Below are positions 44,913 to 53,926 of a stretch of 64,000 nt of DNA, piece after piece (the first letter of the stretch is position 1; each line of letters opens with the position of its first letter). The position numbers and the translations under genes were made by a program. The notes beneath the pieces are model-generated. The model did not search any database. It was not told the origin of the DNA and saw only the letters and a list, made by a program, of their open reading frames with translations. Source of the stretch: Candidatus Latescibacterota bacterium (lineage in GTDB: Bacteria > Latescibacterota > UBA2968 > UBA8231); assembly GCA_963422735.1 (NCBI GenBank), contig OY730476.1, positions 2,400,001-2,464,000 on the forward strand, read 5' to 3'.

Positions 44913-47900
44913 GTGTTAAACGATTTGCACAAAAGATTTTCCAAGCCTTGCGGGATTTCTCGTTGCCTGCCCTTTAGCGGACAAGCGCCGCTTCTCGAAA
45001 GCTGGGTCTCGCTCGCTGTCCTCGTCTCTGCGAGTTCGTCCATCGGTGCCGAGGAGGACGAGTTTTCGGAGAGTTGGGGACCACGCACAGGAATCGATAT
45101 TCCGGAAGTGCCGCGAATCCAGCCCGACCGGATGTTTCTGAGGAGAGATTGGGAACTCTACGAGAATTATGCCCACAAAGAAAAGAGGTATAAAAACTAT
45201 TCGACCATCCTTTCTCCCTACCGCGATCCCAAGCAGTATTTCTACGGGCCGCTAGGGAATCGCTTAGTCTATGGGATCCCCGGCTATGACTGGGTGGAGA
45301 CCACAGGTCTGGGGCCCCAAAGACGGGGATCGTCGATACTGAGGGTGACAGGCGATCTCTACAACTATCCCGGGCGCGAACAGTCTACCTATCGGCGCTA
45401 TTTCGAGGATGTGCTGACCGTCTCGGAGCAGACCAACAGGTGGTGGGCGGGCCTGACCATTGCTCAGGAGTTACGGGGGCGCTTCACGCCGCTGACTCTG
45501 AAAGTCAACGCCTTTCGCGGCTTCAGAATTGACGTGGGTACAAAACACGACGATCTCTCGGCGCTCTTCATGAACTGGAACACTGTGCGAATGGGGGCCT
45601 TTCACTTTGAGCGGCGGGTCGGCCTGCTGAATCTGGGTCTGACTTATGTCAACCAGCACGAGAGCTTCAGCGATGCGTTCGGCCACACCTTCTCCCGCAA
45701 AGGGGTGCTGCGCCACAACCAGCCATACCCAGAAATTATCGCTATAAAATTTTCGGATGATTCACCCAAGGACGACCGGGGTGGTCCCTACATCGTCGAG
45801 TTGAACATCTTGGTCAACGGAATTCTCCGCAAGGACATCGTCCCGGATATTGTCGAACACATTGACGGCGTCACCGAGTCCTCGGTGGGCCGATTCGGCG
45901 CACAGGGATTAGTGCGCAACACCTATGCCGAGCTGTCAGCGGCCTTTACTTCCTCGGTCCCGACAGAGCCCACCTATATGCAGTACCGCATCAATGAAGC
46001 TCCGCTCTACATGGACTACCTCTTCTTCAAAGATCTAAGGTTGAATGATCCGATAGATCCTGAACGTCAGTTTACGACGTACGTATGGAGAGGCGTAGAA
46101 TTTCCCATTGAAGAGCCATGGCACCTAGCGGTGAATCGGCAGCCGGAAGCATCAACGAGCAGAGGCTACTACCGCGACAACGCCAATGCGATATTGGGAG
46201 AGCGATTTACTGAAGGCGAGGTGCGTGCCATCCTGATTCGCAACAACGCCCTCAACAACATCTATAGACCTCTAGAACAGTCTTTCCGGTGGCGCACCAA
46301 CGAAACAGGTCCTATAGAGGTCTCTGGCGACGATTTCGTGGTCTATTACTTCAACTTGGCAGGAGAGGGCTATGTTCAATCCGTTTCCTTCGAAGCCGTA
46401 GTCGCCAACGATTACAAGATTGAGGTGGGAACTGTGGCGAGGAATAGAAGGGTGGACCTCGATGATCCGTACGCGCCGATTGAAAGCCCCTACACACAGC
46501 GCTATGGCCAGCCGACGCTCTTTCGCGTAGTGGAACGCGCTCCGGGGAATGTCCAAGACCGGTCGAACGCGAAGCGTATTTCATTCGACATCGGCACACA
46601 GACCGGGATGGAGATATTGGGAGCCAATTTCAGCACCAATATCTTCGGGCTAAAAATTGACGGGGAGTACGCGAGGAGCCTGCACTACTTCCAGTACCCC
46701 GATGGTGTAGTCGGCCCCGATCCCAGCACGGCCATGCGCTTCGGCAAGCGCTTCGACCAGAAAGGTGAAGCGTATTATCTGGTGGTGCGTAAAGAGCACG
46801 AGCGCTTCGACTGGGGAGGCGAATTCTTCCATATGGGACCGAATTATAGCACGGAATTCGTAGTGTTGGGGACGCCGGCTGTACCCCATTTCAACAGTAC
46901 CATGCGCTTGATGATGGTGGACGACAATGACGACAACGACCGCTTTCCCGACTCGTGGTTCCAGCAGTACATCGCCGGCTTTGTCAACGAGGGAGTAGAT
47001 GCGGATGGTATTTTCCCCGGCAAGGATGAGGATGGAGATGGGCGACCGGACACAAATAAAAATGGGAATAGGCGGCCGGATTATCTGGAACCCTTCCTGA
47101 TGTACGATGTGGAATCGGACGACTATATCTATGATTTGGATCTGAACAACAACAACAGACCGGATGGCCGAGAGGACGATCCCGAACCCGATTACCCCTA
47201 TCCCGAGGATCTGGAAGGTTACCATCTGTTCGGGAAGTACTGGCTGCGGCGGGATCTGAGCTTCTTTCTGGGGCACCTCGATGCCCACCAGCAGGATAGG
47301 GCGGGTAAAAATTTGATGAATTATGGCCGTCTCAACTGGAAGGCAAAGCAACCGGGACTGGGTAGGCTGGTGGTGGAGAATACGCTGAAGCGGGTTTGGG
47401 ACACTGTTCCAGATCGCGTCTTGATCTCTTCGGACTTCGGTAGGAGTCCCTTCGGCAAGACACATTTGGCCGGATTCGGCTACCAACAACAGTTCGACCT
47501 GATATTAATAGAGGACAATCTGAACTACAAGAATAGCTGGGCCAATAGATTCTACTTGGAGACACTTTTGAGTCCACTCAAAGACCTGAGAATGTATCAT
47601 AACTTCCGCTACGAATTCAACTGGCAGCAGCGGGGCCTTTTGGACGATGGGACCCATCAGCGCAAGAATGTGATTCGCTCTATGAGTTCGGTTCACCGCG
47701 TCGACTATACGTGGCGGAGGCACCGGAGTAAATTGGAGATCATCCCGGCGCTGAAACTGCTTTTCCTCAAGCGAACCCAAGACATCATCGACATACCTCT
47801 GGCCAATGAGACCACGGTCATTCCGTTGCTCAAAGCCAATTACTATGTGACGCCCCGAACTACCTTTCGCCTCGGTGCCCAAGGTTTTCCTTTCTGGAAC

Positions 47901-48119
47901 TATGGCGTCAAGGACCATGGCAACAATTGGAACAGTTTCGAGCAGAACGTGTACGTACTCATGATGACCAATAGTTCCGACTATTTCGGCTATGAGATTG
48001 TGGCCAATGCTGGTGTGACTTTCGATCGCCGAACTTACGATGATTCCTTCCGCAGTGCCGACAATACCGATGTCCTAGCTGTCTTTATACAGATCGTAGC
48101 AGGGGCACCGCGGTATTGA
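44913..48119 (+). CDS. Large exported hypothetical protein, paralogue 3
   Basis: 'DDNDDNDRFPD', 'FPGKDEDGDG', 'DLDLNNN..PD' and 'VFIQIVAG', collinear with paralogues 1 and 2. Confidence 0.8.
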   Translation: MLNDLHKRFSKPCGISRCLPFSGQAPLLESWVSLAVLVSASSSIGAEEDEFSESWGPRTGIDIPEVPRIQPDRMFLRRDWELYENYAHKEKRYKNYSTILSPYRDPKQYFYGPLGNRLVYGIPGYDWVETTGLGPQRRGSSILRVTGDLYNYPGREQSTYRRYFEDVLTVSEQTNRWWAGLTIAQELRGRFTPLTLKVNAFRGFRIDVGTKHDDLSALFMNWNTVRMGAFHFERRVGLLNLGLTYVNQHESFSDAFGHTFSRKGVLRHNQPYPEIIAIKFSDDSPKDDRGGPYIVELNILVNGILRKDIVPDIVEHIDGVTESSVGRFGAQGLVRNTYAELSAAFTSSVPTEPTYMQYRINEAPLYMDYLFFKDLRLNDPIDPERQFTTYVWRGVEFPIEEPWHLAVNRQPEASTSRGYYRDNANAILGERFTEGEVRAILIRNNALNNIYRPLEQSFRWRTNETGPIEVSGDDFVVYYFNLAGEGYVQSVSFEAVVANDYKIEVGTVARNRRVDLDDPYAPIESPYTQRYGQPTLFRVVERAPGNVQDRSNAKRISFDIGTQTGMEILGANFSTNIFGLKIDGEYARSLHYFQYPDGVVGPDPSTAMRFGKRFDQKGEAYYLVVRKEHERFDWGGEFFHMGPNYSTEFVVLGTPAVPHFNSTMRLMMVDDNDDNDRFPDSWFQQYIAGFVNEGVDADGIFPGKDEDGDGRPDTNKNGNRRPDYLEPFLMYDVESDDYIYDLDLNNNNRPDGREDDPEPDYPYPEDLEGYHLFGKYWLRRDLSFFLGHLDAHQQDRAGKNLMNYGRLNWKAKQPGLGRLVVENTLKRVWDTVPDRVLISSDFGRSPFGKTHLAGFGYQQQFDLILIEDNLNYKNSWANRFYLETLLSPLKDLRMYHNFRYEFNWQQRGLLDDGTHQRKNVIRSMSSVHRVDYTWRRHRSKLEIIPALKLLFLKRTQDIIDIPLANETTVIPLLKANYYVTPRTTFRLGAQGFPFWNYGVKDHGNNWNSFEQNVYVLMMTNSSDYFGYEIVANAGVTFDRRTYDDSFRSADNTDVLAVFIQIVAGAPRY

Positions 48120-48163
48120 AGAGCGGGCGCACCCTCAAGCGAATCCAACAAAAGGTAATTGCG

Positions 48164-48715
48164 ATGAAGCATTTTATTTTGTTACTAGCGCTTCTCAGCT
48201 TGGTACCTCTCTCCTGGGCGCAAAGCGAAGACGATGTCTTTGCAACTAGGCAGATCGTCACTAAAAAGAAGGCGGTCGTCCTGTCAGCTCTCTTCCCAGG
48301 GCTGGGTCAACTCTCTACCGGCCAAAAGATAAAGGGAACGTTCATGCTGGTCGGCGAGATTGGCTCTCTGGCCGTGACGCTAATAGCAAACGAGAACTAT
48401 AATACCCGCCGCGACAAATTCCACCGACTGAAAGACGAATATGAAGTAATGGCGACTGGGAACAGCCGCTACGATCTTGCCCAGCAAAAGTGGGACGAGT
48501 TGTATAAAGCCAATGATGAGTTGGACGATCTGCATGTGATGCGCAGGGTTTTTGGTGTGGCAGCTATGGGGGTGTACATTTACAGCCTGACCGATATCCT
48601 CTTATCTGGTTCTCCCAAAGTATCTACTGTGACCCGATGGAACTTGAGAGCCATGCCGGGAATGGGGGATGTGCCGCCCAAGTTGGTGATGACGGGAAGT
48701 TTCTCAACCTTTTAG
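48164..48715 (+). CDS. Exported/membrane hypothetical protein (DUF5683-like)
   Basis: Signal peptide, 'AVVLSALFPGLGQL' motif, two hydrophobic helices and a coiled segment. Confidence 0.7.
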   Translation: MKHFILLLALLSLVPLSWAQSEDDVFATRQIVTKKKAVVLSALFPGLGQLSTGQKIKGTFMLVGEIGSLAVTLIANENYNTRRDKFHRLKDEYEVMATGNSRYDLAQQKWDELYKANDELDDLHVMRRVFGVAAMGVYIYSLTDILLSGSPKVSTVTRWNLRAMPGMGDVPPKLVMTGSFSTF

Positions 48716-48728
48716 AGGGAGTTCGTTA

Positions 48729-49118
48729 ATGGGTAGAGCTTTGTGGCTACTTTTTTATGTGCTGCTGATTTTCGGCATCCTGCACTGCAGCAAAGATCAT
48801 AACTTGCCGTCCAAGTTTCACGAGAGTCAGATTGGGATCCCCCAAGACTTGGAAGCATCCTTTGAAGGGGACGATGTGATTCTGGGATGGAACATGAGCG
48901 ATACTGCGGCCGTCTTTTATTATATAGTCACGGTAACTGAAGGCACATCAGGGGTGGAGCGTCAATACACTACTCCTGGAGACAGGCAGTCCTATACGGT
49001 TGAATTTACCTCGATTGATTCTTTCTATACCTTCCAGGTCCAGGCTGTGGATAAAACCAACTTCGCCGGGCAGAAGTCGAATGTGGACACCGTGTTTATT
49101 TCTCAGAAGCGTTCTTAA
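48729..49118 (+). CDS. Lipoprotein with fibronectin type III-like domain
   Basis: Lipobox-like 'GILHC', 'PQDLEA...VILGW...YTFQVQAVD...G..S'. The last three residues come from the MITE. Confidence 0.75.
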   Translation: MGRALWLLFYVLLIFGILHCSKDHNLPSKFHESQIGIPQDLEASFEGDDVILGWNMSDTAAVFYYIVTVTEGTSGVERQYTTPGDRQSYTVEFTSIDSFYTFQVQAVDKTNFAGQKSNVDTVFISQKRS

Positions 49119-49251
49119 AACCCCCTTCGAGCTACTTTGCGGGGCTGTCGAGTGGCCTTGGCGTCAAGCGTTTTTCATAGAGCGAGACGCCCTCGGTCCT
49201 AGATACTTTGAGCCGAGTGAGAGACCGGAACCATCGTTTTAAGAACGCTTC
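49106..49251 (-). mobile_element. 146-bp MITE, copy 2 (inverted relative to copy 1)
   Basis: Same TIRs with a perfect 3-bp target duplication TCA/TCA in a CTCAG site. Confidence 0.92.
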
Positions 49252-49363
49252 TCAGTAATAGCGCGATGACGGAAATGAATATATAGGCTTTAACGGCTAA
49301 CCTACGCCTACCTAGACCAAGAAGGTACTGGTGGTGTAGAAATTTACCTCGGATCGGATACGG

Positions 49364-50614
49364 GTGCGAAAATCTACTCCAGATCGTTTTAGGGCTCCAT
49401 CGGACGCGATAGCTCTAAAGAGGCTCTATCGAGATAACCGTAGAATATCCTACTCTGCGTACGCTCTAGCATTACTCATAATGGCCTCTACCTTCGCCTA
49501 CCTAGTGGGACTAAAAGACGAAAAGCCCGTGCCCAAGCCCCTCGCAACAGAGTTCATAATTCGCAAGCCAATGGCCAAGAAGCCCTTCCGTATGAGGAAG
49601 GCCTTGGTCCAAAAGAGAGTGATGACCCGAAAGCTAGCTGCCTCGAAGCCAAAACTGACCCGTACGCCCCCGCGTCCGGTGCGGCGGATAGATGTATTGG
49701 GCAATGTAGCTGTCTTCGATCGTGGAATCGATGCGGGGACAAGCGTAGGGACCGGCACTATCACGCCTCAGATGCCTTCTATGCAGATCAGAAGTTCGAA
49801 AGATCCGGAGAAGCGGATCAGTATGCAGGAGGAGTTTCTGGATCTGAACGCGCTCGATACGGGTAAGTATCGAGGCATGGTAATCCAAGATCCGAATGAC
49901 AGGAGAAATATCAAGGGCTTCGTCTACTTGGCGTTAGCTTGGGCCAACGATCTCCAACCCGACGCTCCCCGCTCGGTTTCTAGGCTTGCAGATGGCATCA
50001 ACTCTTATACCGGTATCCAAGCCAAGGTGGTGGACCACATGTTCTTGGACTCTCCCGAACTGTTCAAGACGCCTTTTGTATATATCACGGACAAGGATGG
50101 TTTTGAACTGACGGCTAAAGAAATCGAAAATCTGGGATGGTACATGCGAACCGGAGGATTTGTTTTTGCCGACAATGACCGGCCGGATCTCAACTTTGGG
50201 CCAGCGGAAGCTTCGTTGAGAAAAATGTTCAGCTTGGCTTTGGGCAAAGATGGCAAGCTGCAGCGCATTTCTAACAGTCATCCGATTTACCACAGTTATT
50301 TCGACCTAGATGGTCCTCCGGTTGGGGGAGAATACCTGAGTGTCAGGGGTAATCCCGACATTTTCTACTACAACTCGGCCGAGCAGACAGATGTTTACTA
50401 TCAGCCCGATCAGGCACAATTCCTTGAAGGAGTTTTTTTGAATGGGCGCTTGGTGGCGGTTTACTCAGATATGGGCTATGGAAGCATCTGGCAGGATGAA
50501 TTCGAGAACGAGCCTCAGCTGAGGATGGGGGTTAATCTGGTGGTTTTCGCCCTCACCCAAGAGGGCTCTATCGCGCAGCAGCAGATTGATTTCTACACTG
50601 AACTTACCGAGTAA
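49364..50614 (+). CDS. Membrane-anchored DUF4159-like protein
   Basis: TM helix and Lys/Arg/Pro-rich linker, then 'PFVYIT...ENLGWYMRTGGFVFADN...HPIYHSYFD...GRLVAVYS...RMGVNLVVFALT'. Confidence 0.75.
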   Translation: MRKSTPDRFRAPSDAIALKRLYRDNRRISYSAYALALLIMASTFAYLVGLKDEKPVPKPLATEFIIRKPMAKKPFRMRKALVQKRVMTRKLAASKPKLTRTPPRPVRRIDVLGNVAVFDRGIDAGTSVGTGTITPQMPSMQIRSSKDPEKRISMQEEFLDLNALDTGKYRGMVIQDPNDRRNIKGFVYLALAWANDLQPDAPRSVSRLADGINSYTGIQAKVVDHMFLDSPELFKTPFVYITDKDGFELTAKEIENLGWYMRTGGFVFADNDRPDLNFGPAEASLRKMFSLALGKDGKLQRISNSHPIYHSYFDLDGPPVGGEYLSVRGNPDIFYYNSAEQTDVYYQPDQAQFLEGVFLNGRLVAVYSDMGYGSIWQDEFENEPQLRMGVNLVVFALTQEGSIAQQQIDFYTELTE

Positions 50615-50653
50615 ATTTCTTCTTAAAGCCGGATTCTCGATTGAAGGAGTATT

Positions 50654-52150
50654 GTGCTGACTGCTACCGATTGCGCTGTCATTGCCATCTATGTCGTTGT
50701 GATGACTTGGATGGGTCTGGTGGCGCGGAAGAAGGCAACCAATGTCGACGAGTACTTTGCTGCTGGCCATCTCTTGCCTTGGTGGATGGCTGCGATATCG
50801 CACCATGTCTCAGGCTATAGCGCTGTACTCTTTGTCGGCTTTGCTGGCCGTGCCAGCAGTGCCGGGTTCAGCATGTGGACTCTATTTTCGCTCTCGTGTT
50901 TTATCGCCATGATGATCGCCGCCCTAGCTTGGGCACCGAGATGGTCCCGCCTCAAAGTTTTAACCCCGGTAGAATACTTGGAAACACGCTATAGCAACTC
51001 TGTGCGGCTACTAGTAGCGCTAGCAGGGATTGGAGTTAAATTTGCCGATCTTGGGATTAAGCTCTACGCCATCTCGATCGTGGTCCAAGTTTGTACCGAT
51101 TGGGATTTGCTGCACATTATCGCCGTGGGCGGTCTAGCCACCATTGTGTATGTCCTAGTCGGCGGTTTGTGGGCTACGGTACTGACCGATGTGATTCAGT
51201 TTTTCATTCAATTCGTTCTCAGCGTCCTCATCATGGTCGTAGTGCTCGGACACGTCGGTGGGTGGGATTCGATGTGGGCTCGATTGCCGGCGGATCGTAC
51301 GATGCCATTCAATGCAGAAGCGGGTATTGGGTTTGATTTCTGGCTGGTTTTGTTGATCGTCACTATACTCAGCTATAGTGGCGGTACTTGGGGACTCGCA
51401 CAGCGCTTCATCTCAGTGGGGCAATCGAAGGATACACAGAAGGCGGCCCTGCTTTCTGGTTTTTTGTACCTTCTTTATCCGATTGTAATTTTCGTGCCGG
51501 CTTGGGCAGCACCGCTGATGATGCCGGAGTATTTCGACCCCAGTTCATTGTTGCCGCACGAAGGATTCGACCCGGACCAGACCTATGTCCTCTTGGCTCG
51601 TCAGGTGCTGACTGATCTGGCTCCAGGGCTGATTGGGTTACTCATTTGCTCGATGTTCGCGGCGACTATGTCCATGATCGACAGCGATATCAATTCACTC
51701 GCCGCGGTCTTCACCAAAGATATCTACCAGCGCAACTTCAATCGCCAAGCGAGCAGCCAAACACTCTTCAGGACCGGGATGATCGCCACGGTTGCCTTTG
51801 GGATGGCGGTGCTGATTACGGCTATCTGGATCGCCGAAAGCGAGGGGATAGGCAAGGTCTTTGAAAAGACCATCAAAATGTTCAGCGCCGTTCTACCCCC
51901 AGTGGCCATCCCACTGATGTTCGGTCTAATCTGGAAACGAACCACAGCTCGGGGTGCCATTCTCTCCCTAATCGGCGGTTTGCTGACCTACGTTCTCTTC
52001 AATTCGATCTATCCCGATAATTTTACCATCAATATGGGTGCTGAGTTGGTCGTCAGCTTCCTGATCTACTTTGCGGAAGGATTCGTGAGCAAGCGCTCAG
52101 CGGAGAAAGAGCGAGAAGTCGAAGCACTCTTTGAGCGGCTGAAGGGCTGA
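50654..52150 (+). CDS. Sodium:solute symporter (SSS family)
   Basis: 'EYFAAG..LPWW', 'TPVEYLETRY', 'GGLWATVLTD.IQ', 'QRF', 'FAATMS..DS.INS'; about 13 TM segments. Confidence 0.95.
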   Translation: MLTATDCAVIAIYVVVMTWMGLVARKKATNVDEYFAAGHLLPWWMAAISHHVSGYSAVLFVGFAGRASSAGFSMWTLFSLSCFIAMMIAALAWAPRWSRLKVLTPVEYLETRYSNSVRLLVALAGIGVKFADLGIKLYAISIVVQVCTDWDLLHIIAVGGLATIVYVLVGGLWATVLTDVIQFFIQFVLSVLIMVVVLGHVGGWDSMWARLPADRTMPFNAEAGIGFDFWLVLLIVTILSYSGGTWGLAQRFISVGQSKDTQKAALLSGFLYLLYPIVIFVPAWAAPLMMPEYFDPSSLLPHEGFDPDQTYVLLARQVLTDLAPGLIGLLICSMFAATMSMIDSDINSLAAVFTKDIYQRNFNRQASSQTLFRTGMIATVAFGMAVLITAIWIAESEGIGKVFEKTIKMFSAVLPPVAIPLMFGLIWKRTTARGAILSLIGGLLTYVLFNSIYPDNFTINMGAELVVSFLIYFAEGFVSKRSAEKEREVEALFERLKG

Positions 52151-52680
52151 TTCACTACTACCGCCGGGCGCAGTTCGCTCAAGCGGGCGAAATCTTCGTG
52201 GATGCAGGGTAAGGATGGGCGGATGACGCGGCCATTGCGAAACTGGAGAAGGTGATAAAATCTATTGGAGCGGCGCTTGTGCTCGCGATACTTCGCTTCC
52301 ACGGAAATGCCTTTGAACACCGGCGTCACCAGCGGATTGTGGGTGTGCATGACAATTTTGAACTGCAGGTAGCGTCCGGCAGGAGAATACCATGTCTTGG
52401 AGAATTTTGCTACGGGCTCGAAAGGGGACCATGAGGCGGCTGTAGGCACTAGATTATCGCCCAGACGTACCTCTATTTCTACCTAGCTTCCCTCGGGCAT
52501 GTCCACCTCCCGTCCTGCTCGGCACTCTTCTACGTCGAGCAATCTCTCGATTCTTTTTGGGTCTCCTCCTGTAGCCAAGTCGATCACCGACGAGACAAAG
52601 GTGCCCTGCGGTACGCTGCGATCTAGGAGGCGGATGGTGTACTCCCCGTCAATTTCATCTTTCTAGCCTAGGTGCTCAAA
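52150..52680 (-). pseudogene. Disrupted gene remnant
   Basis: Fragments 'EYTIRLLDRSVPQGTFVSSVIDL' and 'PAGRYLQFKIVMHTHNPLVTPVF' lie in different frames with stops. Confidence 0.6.
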
Positions 52681-52703
52681 ATCCGGTAATGGGGTACTCT
52701 AAT

Positions 52704-52748
52704 AAAAAAGCCTCCCTTGGCACGATTCTTGGCCAAGGGGGGCTTTTT
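52704..52748. terminator. Bidirectional intrinsic terminator
   Basis: AAAAAGCCTCCCTTGGC-loop-GCCAAGGGGGGCTTTTT. Confidence 0.8.
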
Positions 52749-52772
52749 ATGCCACGCAGTCTGCACAGGAGT

Positions 52773-53405
52773 TTATTCCCCTTTCAGGTTGGTGCGAATG
52801 TACCACCCTTCGTCGATGTCCCGATATGGCTCTACTTCAAATCGGCGCTTTATGGTTCGCCCTATCTCAGATACCGTGCCATTGCTGGCGCAGAAAAAAA
52901 AGCGGCCACCAACGCAACGGCCCTGAGACTTCCAAGCGTCCTACTGCTAGCCAAGTCCTTTGTGCTTAACCAAAAGCTCACCCCAGGCAGTATAACGATT
53001 CTGGTCGGATCGCTCCTCGGCGGCAATGGTTGGCATCAACCGCAGAGAGGTCTGAAAGGATCGGCCCCACTGGTGCATCCAACGCAATTCAAAGTGCCCT
53101 GGGAGCAAGGTGAGGTTATTGGGAAGAGAGGACATATGACCGAAAAACCTACTCCCTTCTTCGTGAAAGCGAATGCGCTTATAGAAGAAGGCCGCCGCGA
53201 GCGTGTCGCGGCGGCCCTGCCATTGATGGGACAACCGCCATTGGAAGGAAGCCAGCCCGACTGCGTGATAATCCCAGATGCGTGGCTGCTCACCCTGGTA
53301 CTCTACCAACTCCCATCCGTAGTTGGCAAAGGACACTTCCACTGACGGCTGGTTATCCGCGTGGGCTTGGCTGGCTAAGATAGCCAACGCGAAAATTAGC
53401 AGCAT
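52773..53405 (-). pseudogene. Exported/OM protein gene with premature stops
   Basis: Good RBS and signal peptide at 53405. The ORF stops at 52947, but the frame continues past two TAGs to a plausible terminal strand 'DEGWYIRTNLKGE*'. Confidence 0.5.
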
Positions 53406-53423
53406 GGCGTATCCCTTTCTCCT

Positions 53424-53700
53424 TTACGGGAGGAGCCACCCCGGACGATTGGTATGCAAATTGACTTCGGCGTGTTGGGGCGAACCATGCACGGCATAGT
53501 GGTCTTCATCTAAGGCCACGTTACCCGTTGGATACATGTAGACGAATTTCCACTCGCCGACATCATCGTCTTGATTCCAACCCGGATCATACTCGTACAC
53601 TTTGAGGTGTATTTCGTCCTCGCGCTCGTAGCCGGTAACGGTTTCGGGCCAAAATACCTTACCCTTGCACTTCAGCCCTGAGTGAAGATAAATCCTCTGA
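53424..53700 (-). pseudogene. 5'-truncated gene end (C2-like 'LKVYEYD...DDDVG' segment)
   Basis: About 90 open codons with no credible start or RBS, ending 'HTNRPGWLLP*' just before the RBS of 53405. Confidence 0.5.
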
Positions 53701-53926
53701 CTCGACTTTGGCCATCTAGGCGACTTTAGGACACCCCAATTAAACCTGAATTATTGATGAAAATAGTTTGCTGAGCCAAGTTGTTGCATTATTATAATAA
53801 GAACACCTCAAATCAGCCACTAGTGTTCTCACAGATTCCCCTGCTCCAATCAGTAGTTCGGATACCCTAGAGGCAGCGTAAATAGCGACAACACGACAAA
53901 GATAAACTCGTAACGCAAGGGTGGTA

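Noticed and set aside
46650-47489. Long antisense ORFs (also 59787-60695, 61927-62550, 12250-12993, 30580-31227, 18848-19582)
   Set aside because: These are shadow frames of well-supported opposite-strand genes, with no recognisable motifs.
34694-49254. Composite transposon inserted as one unit between the two MITEs
   Set aside because: The outer flanks (TAA vs TCA) do not match, copy 2 has its own perfect TSD inside a gene end, and island-like DNA continues beyond copy 2.
52941-52949. Pyrrolysine or amber read-through in the 53405 gene
   Set aside because: There are two TAGs within three codons, the region is decaying, and no pyl genes are seen. Pseudogenisation is simpler.
53430-53440. 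11-bp match (GAGGAGCCACC) to the tRNA-Phe 3' end as a possible att site
   Set aside because: It is short, inverted relative to the tRNA, lies in a coding remnant, and no integrase is present.
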